NCBI GenBank assembly: GCA_905178155.1
Contig: CAJINV010000015.1
Span: 824,390 to 885,926 of the forward strand
DNA: 61,537 nt
Direction: 5' to 3'
From: Amoebophrya sp. A120
Taxonomy: Eukaryota; Protista; Dinoflagellata
A program made the translations under genes and the position numbers. The notes below the pieces were generated by a model that made no database searches, was not told the DNA's origin, and was given only the letters and a program-made list of their open reading frames with translations. Shown one piece after another: positions 11,101 to 22,500 of this stretch (positions are counted from its first letter, which is position 1; each line of letters starts with the position of its first letter).

Positions 11101-13850
11101 GACTACTCGCGGCTGCAATCGCGGTAGAAGAGGCAAAGTCATTACCGCCTTTGCCCTTTGACTGCGACCCTTGCTTTGCTTGCTTTGTCCCCTGTTTGTA
11201 CCCCTTGCTGTACCCCGCGGCTTTGCTCCAAAACAGGAGCTGCTGATCTGGCGGTATGGCCATAGAAGCACCGTCGCCTCTCGCAAACATAACCTGCTGC
11301 TGCTTGTTCCCCTTCTGCTGCTGCCGCTCCACGAAAGCGAAAGCTTCTTCGATCGCGCTCGTTGTTTCATGATCCACAGATGGTGTTCCGGCGTTGTTCA
11401 TGCTGTGAGGACCAGCGGGTGGGTTTTTTGGCCTGCGCCTGCCCCGCTTTTTCGCTTTCTTGCCAATCGGGTCTTGTTGTCCTGAAATGTTCATCATTTC
11501 AGAATCACCTGGCTCTACTTGAGATGTCGTTTCGTTTCGATCGTTTTGTTCGTCTTGTTGATCTCTTGACGAACCCAGGCTGATATCATCGTCGTCTTCC
11601 TCTCCCGCTTCGCTCGTGTGGTCCAGGGAAAGGTCTTCGACGTCTTGTATGTTGTCATCTACGAGGACAGGAGCGCTCTGCTCAGCAACCCCGTTCTGTT
11701 GGTGTTGCAGTTGCTTATCCACTACGGCGCCGTTCTGCAGCTGCTCAGCCTGTAGTTTATTTCCTCGTGCCCGCTCGGCTTCGGGCACGGCCCCTGCTAC
11801 CTTTTTCTTTTCCTTCGAAGCTGTGGTGGAGGAAGACGAGGAAGAGCTGCTGGACGATGTGGTCTTGACTAGCGAATGTTGCAACATTGCTTTGTCAACT
11901 ACATCAGGGTCCACTTCCTCGTGCTCCTTGTTTACTTCCGCTCCTGCACTAGTCCTTGACAACGCTGACAAACTGCTTGCCGGTGGCCGTGCGGTGCTTG
12001 TCTTTGATGTGTTCAACATCTCGGTTTTTGATCTACTTACCGGCTGGTCTTCACGTGGTCGAACAAGCTGCAAAGAACCGACACTACTTGTCGTCTTTCC
12101 GTTCATCGACGCAGCATCCGCCGCCCCTGCAACTGCGCTGCCATTCGACCTAGCGTTATTCATTGCCGCAGAGGACGAGCTGCTAGAAGACGACGAACTT
12201 CCGCCATTTTGCCGCTGCTTTGACGCAGCTGAAGCTACCACCTGGTGCAAGGTTCCTGCTTTGTTCGCACTGCTATTCGCTTGCTCCTGCTCCACATCCG
12301 AAGTGGATGAGGTTTTGTTATCCCGGTCCCTGACAAAGTCCGGCGACGCCTGAAGCAGCTGAATCCGCGTGGAAACCCGCTTTTTTCGCTCCATGCCAGA
12401 TGTTTTTGCATCTGGACGCTGGGCGCAATCAGGGCCGTCCTCTTTGGCTTTCGCGACGGCGACTACACCGTTTGCGGTCAGAGACGCAGTGCCAGCTCGC
12501 GATTTCCTTGCGACGCCGGATTTTCGTGCGGCCGCAACTTGCGCAGAGGCGGGCTCATCTGATGTTTTGAAGTGGTTTTGCCATGCGATATTGCTTCTAC
12601 TGCATCATATTGTCATTTTTCATTGAAATGAATCGACGCCATACTTTAATCATTAATTTTGGACTTGTTCGGACGCTAACACGACATGACTCTCGCATCC
12701 TTTACCTCCTCCCACCCCCGAATTCATATTCAAATCGGACGCCGCGCCGCCCCCTGCTGCCACCACTTCTGTCACGGAATCCTTCCTCTGCCGTTTTTTC
12801 ATCGGCCGGAGGAGCTTCTTACCCGTAACCTTGTCTTCCCCGAAGCACTCGAGCCGCTCCTGGGAACAGGCGTACTGGGGATTTTCGGTGCAGAGGGAAG
12901 AGAAGTCCGCGTTTGTGGTCGGTGGTCGGGCTTCGTCTTGTTGCCGTATTTTTGCGGGGAGGCCCTGAGGTAATTGAATTTTTGGACGTTTCATTTTTTT
13001 CCTGACGTGAATCGATGCACACGATGGATGTGTGTCACTATCTGTACGCATAGCCAGCCAGAGCTATGTCTAGATGAGTGCTATGGTACCATTTGTGCCG
13101 CCCCACTATTTGAATTATTCTCCGCTTCCGCAATTTCCTTCTTTCGCATTTTGACGGCCATCTTCAGCCTCTTCATCGGCTTCATCTCCCCATGCCCCGC
13201 TGACCCGTTGCTCGCCCCTGGATCCAGGCTCTTCAGAGCCTGCTGCATGCTCCGCTGCGAGTTTTCCACTTCGGACAAGGGCGCGTTTTGGTACGAATGG
13301 TCATCCGGGCGGATAAGGGGTGCACCAGCACGGAGGTGCTTTTTCGTAGTTTTGTTTCCCGACAGAGCATATGCTACGCAAAAGTATCGCATTCGCAATT
13401 ACAGATCTGCATGACAAATTGCCTTCCTAAGCATACGCTAAAAGTAAAACAGAATTACAAATTCCATCTATCATGCCAAGCACATGTGTAATGCAATCTG
13501 TACTAGTACAGTACGATACTTTTGCATTGCATAGAACACCGTTGTTATTGTTGTCACTTGACGTGCTGTCATCCTCATCGTCTTCGCTAAAGTCGTATGA
13601 AAGTGCACAACTCCCCCTCCCCCTCATTTGAATGCAAAATCCCAAATCCAGCTGCTGCCTTGTAGCACTGTTTGCATGACAAATCCTGGAAGCCCAAAGA
13701 GCACTACAATCCAGTGCAAATTTGTCACGCAAAACCGACGCTCTTGCGGATGCTTGTATTGCCGTTCATACTATACAAATGAGGGGGAGGGAGAGTTGTG
13801 CATTGTCATAAGTCGGCCCAGCGCCGACCGCGAACGGGGACAGCCGTCAT
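5115..13850 (-). CDS. Multi-exon hypothetical low-complexity (S/G/Q/N-rich) protein; 8 introners plus short conventional introns
   Basis: Starts MTAVPVRGRRWADFSEDDED at 13850. Removing elements at 13596, 13370, 10281 and 7958 joins frames (e.g. DLQ-MPTAN, NKT-ISSTTS). The 3' block 6880-5115 joins across elements 6456, 6195, 5798 and 5287 to stop TAG at 5115-5117. Links at 12600-13090 and 6880-7647 are unresolved, so this could be two genes. Confidence 0.65.
5287..5484. mobile_element. Introner family F (198 nt), non-canonical intron
   Basis: TAT..ATA ends, TIR containing CGTTAACG, DR CCGGA/CCGGA. Excision gives YLYP-EGRA in frame. Confidence 0.85.
5798..6112. mobile_element. Introner family E (315 nt)
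   Basis: ~38-bp TIR TATGGAAGYGTCAGGATYGAAATCGTCAAAGTTGAAAT, DR TTCCG/TTCCT. Confidence 0.9.
6195..6407. mobile_element. Introner family I (213 nt, diverged)
   Basis: TATGCAATACAAATTT..AAATTTCCATTGGATA, DR CACAA/CACAG. Frame KRL-CELCEE restored. Confidence 0.75.
6456..6777. mobile_element. Introner family D (322 nt)
   Basis: TIR containing GAAAAATCCCCCCTCCCCATAT, DR CACCG/CACCG. Confidence 0.9.
7958..8549. mobile_element. Introner family C, expanded to 592 nt by internal cargo
   Basis: TIR TATCAAATGCAAATATGTCTGG / CCAGACATACTTGCAATGCGTA, DR TGGTT/TGGTT. Excision joins ORF 8455-10287 to ORF 7537-7902 in frame. Confidence 0.8.
8168..8346. ncRNA. Candidate structured RNA (three-way junction) nested in an introner; family unknown
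   Basis: Closing stem GGGT..TGAAC/GTTCA..ACCC. Arm 1 CCCAC/GTGGG + AGGCTC/GAGCCT. Arm 2 GTAGTGTCA/TGACACTAC + GCGAATAG/CTATTCGC. Folded by eye only. Confidence 0.35.
10281..10447. mobile_element. Introner family A (167 nt)
   Basis: TIR TATGCAATGCAAAAGCATCGTA, DR CATCT/CATCT. Joins ORFs 10409-12394 and 8455-10287 in frame. Confidence 0.9.
13370..13533. mobile_element. Introner family A (164 nt)
   Basis: TIR ..GCAAAAGTATCG, DR GAGCA/GAACA. Frame restored. Confidence 0.85.
13596..13810. mobile_element. Introner family B (215 nt)
   Basis: ~35-bp TIR TATGA..GTGCACAACTCYCYCTCCCCCTCATTTG, DR AGTCG/AGTCG. Frame WAD-FSEDD restored. Confidence 0.9.
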
Positions 13851-14951
13851 TTTGAAAAATTCGGGTTTTGCTCACAGGACAAATTTTGTCTCGGATTAGA
13901 AACGAGGGTATTTGTATTTACACACACAGAGGAAAGCAAAAGTAGACGAAGTGTATTTCTAATCGGGTAGCAGATTTTTTCTTCTTCTAGAAATCTTCCA
14001 ACAGGATGTCGCTTTTCATTCGTGGGGCGGTACGTGCGTAATATTTGCGCCGTTTCTTTCTTGTTTATCGGGGCAGCAAGTCTCGACGTCGTGTCACACT
14101 AAAAAGTCAAACACACATCGCCTTTTTGGGAAAATAAATGAACTTGCGCGAAATCTATCAGAAATTCGAATGAGGTTGATGTACTAAAAACGCTGAACAC
14201 ACTGACTTGCTGCATCAACGGCCTAGCTACTAACTGGCAAAAAAAGTCAACATACCATCACAAGAATCTAAACAACATCAGCAGACAGACACAGACTAGA
14301 GAGTAAAAACAAATTAGTGGTTTTCTATCTTGCACCAAGTTGTGAAACATAGATCGACCTATACGAATGAAAATGAATCCATGAGTGACATCAATGACAT
14401 TGTAAATCGAAAAGGTGGATGAAAAGCAGCTTTGGCGCCGTAATTTGATCGAGTATGTGAGTATCGCTAGTGCAGTTAGCAGCACGAAAGAAACACGAAC
14501 GACGAAGAGTCCGTCTCAAAACTCTAGCTCCTCTCGCCCCCCTCTTGCCAGAGTTTCTCTCCAAGATAGAATAACGCGAACTCGCTCAATTTGTTCATCT
14601 TCATTGTTTTTCTATTTTTTCATTTTGTGCACCACTCAGAGCACAATTTCAATTCATGGCGCTCCAGCACTTCTCCACAAATAGACGAGAGATAGAATAT
14701 TGCTGCAGGCAGCGCTGAACACGACCAGCCGATGCTCATCAGTATTAAGGGGTCAGCAAGAGTTCGCGTTCTCATTGATCAACATCACGTCTATAGAGCC
14801 GCATGATGGTGGACAGGCTTTGTCCAACTATTACAGAAGCAAGCTAAGCATGTTGTACTACACAAAGACAACATCGACTCTGACACACGAAGGAACATGT
14901 TCTGTCTCTGTCTTGTTTTTTCAACAGAGCTCTTAGACGTCGTACCCCTCT

Positions 14952-17042
14952 TCACCGGTAATCGCGATCTCGCTTTCTCGCCTTTCGCACAGCGGATCGA
15001 GATGACACGGCTAAACCAGGACGAGCAGTTGGGCCGGGGCGGGTAGAAAGATCGTCCTCGCGTTGGCGTGCCGCTGACGAAGTAGAGAATCCTGCTGCCC
15101 TGCTGGTGCTATGATCCAGCTGCTGGCTGTGGCTCGACAAAGCAAAATTAGGAAGGCCCGTATCAAGCGCAGCCGATGATGCCCCAGGCCGAGAATCAAC
15201 ATCTCCTCGCATGTCGAACCGCCGCGGCCTGCTCCGCCTACGGGACCTTCTCGAAGTCGAAGATGAAGAAGTAGCCCCCGCCCTGGACGTCGGCTCTTCT
15301 TCTTGCGAAATAAATGTCCTCGAATCTACTGGCGCCATCCTTGGCGACACCGGCGGTGACGCTGACTGTGGCGATGGCGATCCAGAGGCAGAGGGTGACG
15401 AAGAGGAACCACCGTCGTCGCCCGCAAGGATCTGTAAGGATGAGGGGGTAGACAGTTTTCTCCCTCTCGAGGAAGAGGAGGTGCTGCGCCGAGATAGGGT
15501 CGTCGTGCCGAGACTGGAATCATCCGTCGCAGCGGTCCCAGTTCTCACAACATGCCGCGGACGAAGATCGATGGGCTCGCCACCATTGTGGAACACGAAC
15601 ATGTTGCCGGAGCTCGAGCTGCTGGTGCCCGTTGATGTACTAGCTGGCGTGGTTTGATGCCTTTGCTGGTGTGGCGCACCAGATGAAGTGCTGATATGTT
15701 GACTCGTCATTGGCAAGAAGAGACTAGAACTGCTGCGTCCGGTGGCGGAGTTACCACTTCCAACACTTTGGCTGATGTGTCTATTCTGCGGCATCTTCGA
15801 AGAGCTCGCTGCCGAAGCAGAGGAAGACGAAGATGACGCTCCGGAGCCTGATCCTGACCAAGGAGCAATAGGAGCGCCACTACTCCCACTGTCATTGAAA
15901 GCGTCGAGCCTCGGTGAAGACACAGCACCATGATCCACCCGGCCTTGGTTCTGGCCAAACTTGAAGGAAAATGGCGTGAATGATGTCGAGGAACTGAAAG
16001 TTGCAGGGCTAGCTGCTTCAGTGGCAGATGAGAAAGTAGAAACACCAGAACGTACTTGTGCCTCACGGTCTCGCACATCATCAACCCTTCGCGCTTCCCT
16101 CCCGTTTTGCTTTCCAGAGAAAGCGGAAACGTCAGAATCGCGTCTATCCCCTGTGGCGGAGGATGAACAGGAATCCGAATCTTCCGAGCCACTACTGATA
16201 GCCTCCTCGTCGTTATGATTTTCGAAAAATTCCAAGGCCCGCGCCGCTGCTTTCGCGTTTTTCGGAATCTGAAACCACGGATTTTGAAGGTTCTGTCTTC
16301 CGACTGGTACATCAACATCTTCAAAGGTGCCCGCCGAAATTGTGCTTGTTCCAATGGGCTGCTTGCTCCTTTCTTGTGCGGGTCGTTTTCCGTTCCGAGG
16401 AGCTCCTTCTGTCGTGCGATGACTTTCTTGTAGTTGCCCAGCTTCAGCAAAATGCTCCTCCAGGAAGGGAACGTCCTTGATTTTCTTGAAAAATCTCGCA
16501 AAGCTCTTGTTGGAGTCCACGTGATCAACTTCACCCCCATTACCCGACGCAGCTCCTGAATGGGACCGAAGAAAAATTTTTCGCATCTTCTTCTTCAGCA
16601 AACCGTACAAGAACGGTAGATTCAAAGCCTCCCGATTTTCGAAGTCCTCGTAGCGAACGCGCATTTTTTCCCGGTCTAGTTGCAGTCTTCGGAGATGTTT
16701 CTTCTTCATGTCAACTTGTCTTGCATTCATCATCTCCCCAGCACCAGCTTCGGCGCCTTCGTTTATTTTTGGCGGAGATGAGGAGGAAGAGGACGAAGAT
16801 GACGAAGCTGCTCCTGCACCTGCTCGTCCACCTGGAATCGTCGCTGCATTAGGCATTTTGGAAATCGAAAGGAGCTTTTCATGAATCAGCACCATCCACT
16901 CCGCCTCGGTTTGGTCGACTAGTTCGAAGTATTTTTCGAACAAGGTTTGTACCGCGTTCCGGATTTTTTCCTCTTGGTTGACGAGGGTTTCGATCTGTTG
17001 GAGTTCACCGGAGAGAACGGAGAGACGCTGTTCCATGGTCAT
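14952..17042 (-). CDS. Hypothetical 696-aa protein; N-terminal coiled-coil-like region, long Ser-rich disordered tail
   Basis: Single uninterrupted ORF with ATG start, same strand and composition as neighbouring genes. Confidence 0.75.
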   Translation of the reverse strand: MTMEQRLSVLSGELQQIETLVNQEEKIRNAVQTLFEKYFELVDQTEAEWMVLIHEKLLSISKMPNAATIPGGRAGAGAASSSSSSSSSSPPKINEGAEAGAGEMMNARQVDMKKKHLRRLQLDREKMRVRYEDFENREALNLPFLYGLLKKKMRKIFLRSHSGAASGNGGEVDHVDSNKSFARFFKKIKDVPFLEEHFAEAGQLQESHRTTEGAPRNGKRPAQERSKQPIGTSTISAGTFEDVDVPVGRQNLQNPWFQIPKNAKAAARALEFFENHNDEEAISSGSEDSDSCSSSATGDRRDSDVSAFSGKQNGREARRVDDVRDREAQVRSGVSTFSSATEAASPATFSSSTSFTPFSFKFGQNQGRVDHGAVSSPRLDAFNDSGSSGAPIAPWSGSGSGASSSSSSASAASSSKMPQNRHISQSVGSGNSATGRSSSSLFLPMTSQHISTSSGAPHQQRHQTTPASTSTGTSSSSSGNMFVFHNGGEPIDLRPRHVVRTGTAATDDSSLGTTTLSRRSTSSSSRGRKLSTPSSLQILAGDDGGSSSSPSASGSPSPQSASPPVSPRMAPVDSRTFISQEEEPTSRAGATSSSSTSRRSRRRSRPRRFDMRGDVDSRPGASSAALDTGLPNFALSSHSQQLDHSTSRAAGFSTSSAARQREDDLSTRPGPTARPGLAVSSRSAVRKARKRDRDYR

Positions 17043-17153
17043 GTATTAGATCATAATCTCGCTGTCCCCCGGTCGGTTCATCAATATTATACGATTTGCG
17101 CTTGCAATTCTTCCTCGATGCGCATCCACATGCACAACACCTTGCACGAGAGA

Positions 17154-17214
17154 TGCATGTCGCCCTAAGCGGAATCGTCTGCTTGCATGTCGCCCTAAGC
17201 GGAATCGTCTGCTT
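17154..17214. repeat. Exact 30-bp tandem duplication
   Basis: TGCATGTCGCCCTAAGCGGAATCGTCTGCT x2. Confidence 0.9.
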
Positions 17215-17575
17215 TAGTCGTCTACATCAAAGGCAAATGAAGAAGACCAAATCCAAGACCACTGATACATACGAATTAAATTCAAATGAAATAGATAACA
17301 GAAAAGAAATAGATTTCGATTAGAAGTACTTATGACCCCTGTCGTGCCGTCTAAAAAGAATTCGTATAGCAATTTTTTTTATGCATGGAAGATTTGGACT
17401 CTCTCAATCAGAAACAAAAGCACGCACTGCTGCAGAACGATACATAGATGCTGACTCCACATGGAACTCCAAAGAGATCGATCTCCACTACTTAGGTGGG
17501 GGGCTACGCGACCGCAAAAGAGGCCACCAAATGCCCTGGCGCCACTCACCGTGGGCGGCCTCACCTGGATTCTTC

Positions 17576-18674
17576 TAATTGAACAGAGGGCAGGGGGCTG
17601 GCTCTCAGTTTCAGTTTCACCGAAATGAACCGGCGGCGGGCGCGCGCGCGCGGGCGAAATCAAAAGGCCAAGCAAACTGACGCCATTAAGTGACTTCCGG
17701 GCACCCACGCACCCACGCAGGGCGCTCGGGCGGCGCCGAGGGCCGTTTGCAATACGCCAGACGCGCCACCCCATACACACCCGCGCGCTGGCACAGACAG
17801 GGGGCTGCAACGAATCTCCCTCCGAAACCTCCGCCGGCCTTGCAAGGCGCGGGGGAGGGCGGAGCCTGCGCGCCCACACACTCCACCGACTCACACAGAA
17901 AAAGGCCGGCCGCCGTGCATCGCGCCGGCCGCTGCGTGCCTGCCCTGCAAAGAAAACCAAAAGAAACAGAGGCCCCCCGGCCCGGCACAACCGGGGGGCG
18001 CTCCGCCCGATCGAAACAAGGCCGCGGCCGCCCGGGCATGGCACGCGGCCGCTTGGCGCTTGCTTCCCTGGCAGCTCCGCCCGGCGGACGGAAACAGGGG
18101 CCCGAGACCAGGACGGGCCCCGTCTACTATGAACGCAAGGCACCGCGGCGGCTGATTAGTCTCGCTCTCGCGGTTCCAACTCCGGCATGCTTCCTGCGCG
18201 CGCCTGGCCATTGTGCGCAGGGCAGGCAGTCCCTGCGCTTGCCTCCCTCCTGCAAGGCTGCGGGCTGCCTGCGAAACTGCGCCGGCCGGGCGGGCCCGTC
18301 GCGTCGCGGGCCGGCGGGCGGACCGACGGCCGCAGCGCTTCGATCGGCACACGCCCAAAGCGAGCCAGCCCGCCGGCCAATCAAATGCCCCGGCGCCCCG
18401 CCAGGAGGGTCATGAGCTGCTCCGGTGAACGTCCTTGGCCGGGGCGTCCCCGCGTGCGCTCGTTGAAGGCGCAGACAAGCCCGCCACCCGCAAAGGGGTG
18501 CGCCAGGTTCCCGCCCAACCTTCCCCGGGGGCGGGGCTGCTCGTGCTCCAAACAGGGGCACAACGGCGCGCGGCTCGCTTCGCCCGCACTTTCTAGGGCC
18601 CGGCCCGCCGCGCGGGGCGCCTGGCCGACCGCACCGGCTACCCAGCTAGCCACTGGCCCCGTCTGACGCAATTA
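17576..18674. mobile_element. GC-rich island, possible degenerate TIR element (~1.1 kb)
   Basis: Sharp GC shift. Ends TAATTGAACAGAGGGGCAGGGGGCTGGCT vs revcomp TAATTGCGTCAGACGGGGCCAGTGGCTAGCT. No clear TSD other than TA. Confidence 0.45.
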
Positions 18675-19553
18675 CTTAAGCTCTGCTTTTGCGTGGCCGT
18701 TTGAATTCGAATCGGTCACCTCTGACGAACACGCATGCTCATAACTTGAGAGAAAAGGAAAACCTCGAAGCGTCCTGTCTTGCCTAACAGAAGCCGTTCT
18801 GGTGTTCCTCTTGTGCGTCTCATGAAACGGAAAAAACCAGCAAGCTGCGCGGTTCTATGCCGCGCGCTGGTTCATCATTCATCTTCATGACGCGTTGAAA
18901 ACTAATATATCCTCTATGCTTGTGCTTGATTAAGTAGTAGATCAACAAGACGCAACGCGTCTCTGTCTTTGTTTCATTTATTTTCGTATCTTCATCCATC
19001 CAGCAAATATTTCGGAGTATTCACGAGTTCATCATCTTCTGAAGGAGCAGCAGCATTCTCGTATCTACTAACACAAGCTCTGCGGCATGTTGACGTCGAG
19101 GCCGCGGCAATAATTCAAGATATTGATATTCGTATTACGTTTAGTGGGAGCGCATTTACATGTAGCAGCCGACGTCTGCGTGTTGTGCAAAAAAAAAGCA
19201 AAATTTGACGTTGTTCGTCCTTGAAATATTATCGCACTTTCATAGCGCCACCTGCGCGATGAGTCGACGGACGCGCCGTGTGTAGTAAATGTAGTGATAT
19301 GTCTATGCCTTTCATGAAGTAAGTGTAACTGCATGAAGAACGCAGATAATTTTTGAGCTCTGCACTATCTGCTGCATGCGCTCGGAAGATAAAGTCAAAA
19401 TAGATTTTTCAGATGGTTCTTAGAACAGACCACTACACCAGAATGCTACTGTCGCGATGTTCAGAACCAGACGACCAATAATTTCTTCCTCATCTACCCC
19501 CGCTCACAACATTCGTCCTACTTTTTCGTTTTCCACATCACCCGAACACCACC

Positions 19554-22500
19554 TCACAGCCCCTCCTCGTCCTCCTCCACCATTGCGTCGGGGATGATTC
19601 CGAACCTGCAGTTGACCAAAACAAAGGGAAAAACCAGCTTATCCCGACTGGAGTCGTACACGCCCCGCACCCGGTCGGCGTCCGTCATCAAAAAACCCGT
19701 TTCTGCCTCTGATAACGGCATCCAGTGGTGGCCTCGCTGCAGCTTGTTGCGCATGCGCTGTCGCTTCAGCATGCGGGCGTTGGTGTCAGTGGTAGCGGTA
19801 GGTGGTGGAGGGGGGATGGCAGTTGTAGCATTCATCCCAGCCGTTTGCGGAGTGGGGGACGAGGAAGCCGAAGCTGCGTGCTGTTGTGCAAATGATCCTC
19901 CTGCAGCTCCGCCTGCTGAAAGATAGTTGTTCTGATGCAGCTCTACCACCTTACTGCTCGATGACATCAAGTACACTGGGTAGGGTTCTGCTTCGAACGC
20001 CGTGACTTGGCTGTCGTGGTTGGAAAATTTCAGGTCCTTCGGGATGTTATGCATTGCAAAAGTATCGTACTAGTATAAATTGCAATACAAATTGACTCAG
20101 CATTACAAATTGAATTTGTAATGCGGATTTGCCTTTAGAAAAAGATTTGTAACGCATGAAAGCAATTAGTACGAGTACGATGCTTTTGCACAGGATAGAT
20201 GTTCACCAGTTTCGCGATCGAGTCGCGAATCTTGACTGCGTTTGAGGAGACAAGGCCTGCTCCGGTAGAGGAAGAGGGGTGATTGACGTTCTTGTTCCCC
20301 AGGTTGATGTAGTTCGATGTTTCTTCAGCAGAAGAAAAATCCTCAGCATCCTCGACCCCAGAGGAGTTGTCTTCGCGCACTGTGACAAACCGAGAGGATG
20401 TTGCGGTGGTCTTGTTCGTTCTTGTTCCGGCGCAAGATGGTCTCGAGGACGAGACCTCAGCTGCGGCATTTATTTTCCCTGTGGTTTTCTTTCGGGGTGA
20501 AGTGTGTGGAGGAGCGGAGCGGTCGTCGTACTGAGATCCTGTTACATCAAGTGCACTTCCTCCATGAGCTCGACCAGTTGCTGTGCCACCTGTTGAACTA
20601 GTCCCTAGCAGGAGTGAGCTGCACTTCTTCAGCTTATCCCTGGGCACATTCTTCCCCCCTGTCCACAGCAGGTTGCTGATGAACACCAAGCACTCCGGCA
20701 GGTCGTTCGCACAGGACACCGCCCTGACCGCCGTCGTCGGCACGTTCTCCTTCATAATTGCGTGTCGCCACAAGCCCCTGATCGTTCCCACGTGGTTCAA
20801 GCTGTGTAAACCACCAATCGCAAACACGAACGCGCGACTCGCGAAAACGGTCTGCATGAGAGAGAGCAACAATTTGGACAAATTATTCGTGATATGCAAT
20901 TGCACATTTTTCAGCAGCAACTCCAACTCCGCGGCGCATTCGCTGATCCGCTGCTCCAGAATCGTCGCCTGTGGGGTGCCATTCGCCGCGGAGTATAAGC
21001 TGTGTCTGCAAACGAGGGTCTTCAGTAATTCCTGCTGTTCCGGCGTACCGGAGTTCATTTCCGCCTCCGCCTTCCAAAAATTCGCGTTTCCCTGGGAGTA
21101 TCCCAATATGAAATGCAAAAGCATCGTACTAGTATAAATCGCATGAAAAATTCCCGCAGCATGACGAATAAAATTTGTAATGCGGATTTCCCTTAAGAAA
21201 AAGATTTGTAATGCATGACTGCGATTACTACGAGTACGATACTTTTGCAATGCATACCCAACCAGGCCCAGCAGTGCTTCCGGTTTCGGAGCGGTTTCAG
21301 CTGCGTCTGACGCTCGATCTCGCTGCCGCTTTCTAGTAGTGTTGTGTGGTCTTCGTGTAATTGATGTTCTTCATCAGGCGTGCTCCTGTAGTTCTCGTTC
21401 AGCGACAGTGCAGCGGATGATGTGTCTGTGTCAGTGGCATTAACATTATTCCCGTCTCCCGCTCGTTCTTCTTGCCGCAAGTGCGCCACAATCGCTTTCT
21501 GAATCTGCGACGAGTTGTACTCTAAGTGCCGCGCGGTTCCGGTGTCCGCCCGGACAATTTTACAGCCGAATTCTTGCATCAACCGCGCGAAGGTGCTCTC
21601 CATCTCCTTTCCCTCTGCCCCCTCGGTAATGACACCCATGGCAGTGATCAGGGAAAAGTGCTGCAGATCGCAGTTTTTGTTCGTGTTCTTCTTCTTCGCT
21701 GTTTCGTTTCCAATTTCAAACCCGTACAACAGAAAGCTCAGTGGGTCGGCCTGCATGGCTATTCTGTCCTCCTCGTAGAAATAGGTGACATGGATGATAT
21801 CGAAGAGCAGACACAGGAGACCACTGGTGCCGATTTTATTGGAAGAGGATGGTGCTTGTGACAGCAAAGCTTCCAGATTTGACGAACTGTTTTTCGTGGT
21901 CGTCCTCGTTGATGCGTTATGCTGCTCCATCGCCGCTTTTGCGTTGTCAACGTACTCGAAGAACTGCTTATACCACTTTGCTGCAAAAGAGCCACCTCCT
22001 TCCGACTGTACTGCTGGTCCCTTCGGATCCTTATCCTCTCTGGAAGCTCCCGCTGGCAGTGCTGAAGCCGATGCCGGTGTCGTGGGTGGTCCTGTTAATG
22101 CTCGTCCGCGAGGTTCTTCACTCTTCCGAGAATTATCCGCCTCAAGAACGTCACCCCTATTCAACGTCACTTGCGTCACGAGCCATATGGAAGTGTCAGA
22201 ATCGAAATCGACAAAACAAAATCGATGCCAGTTAGAGCCTCAGTTTCCAAGTGCCGCATGAGAAATTTCGGGAGCACCCAAATCCAGTCTCTCATGCTGT
22301 TTGGGCAAAGAAGACTGCTCCTGTCATGCTACTCGGGCAGCACATTGCTTAGCCCTAAACAGGCTTGCAATCGGCCCCATTTGCCTGTTCCCCAATACAG
22401 GCCTTGCGTGCCCTACATTTTATGCATTACAAATTTTTCGACTTTGTCGTTTTCGATTCTGACACTCCCATAAGCCACTGCCTAACCGTTTCCACGTTTT

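Noticed and set aside
17379-18671. Many 70-250 aa ORFs in the GC island (same for 52890-54046)
   Set aside because: Stop codons are scarce at high GC. The peptides are Arg/Pro/Gly/Ala-rich with no transposase motif.
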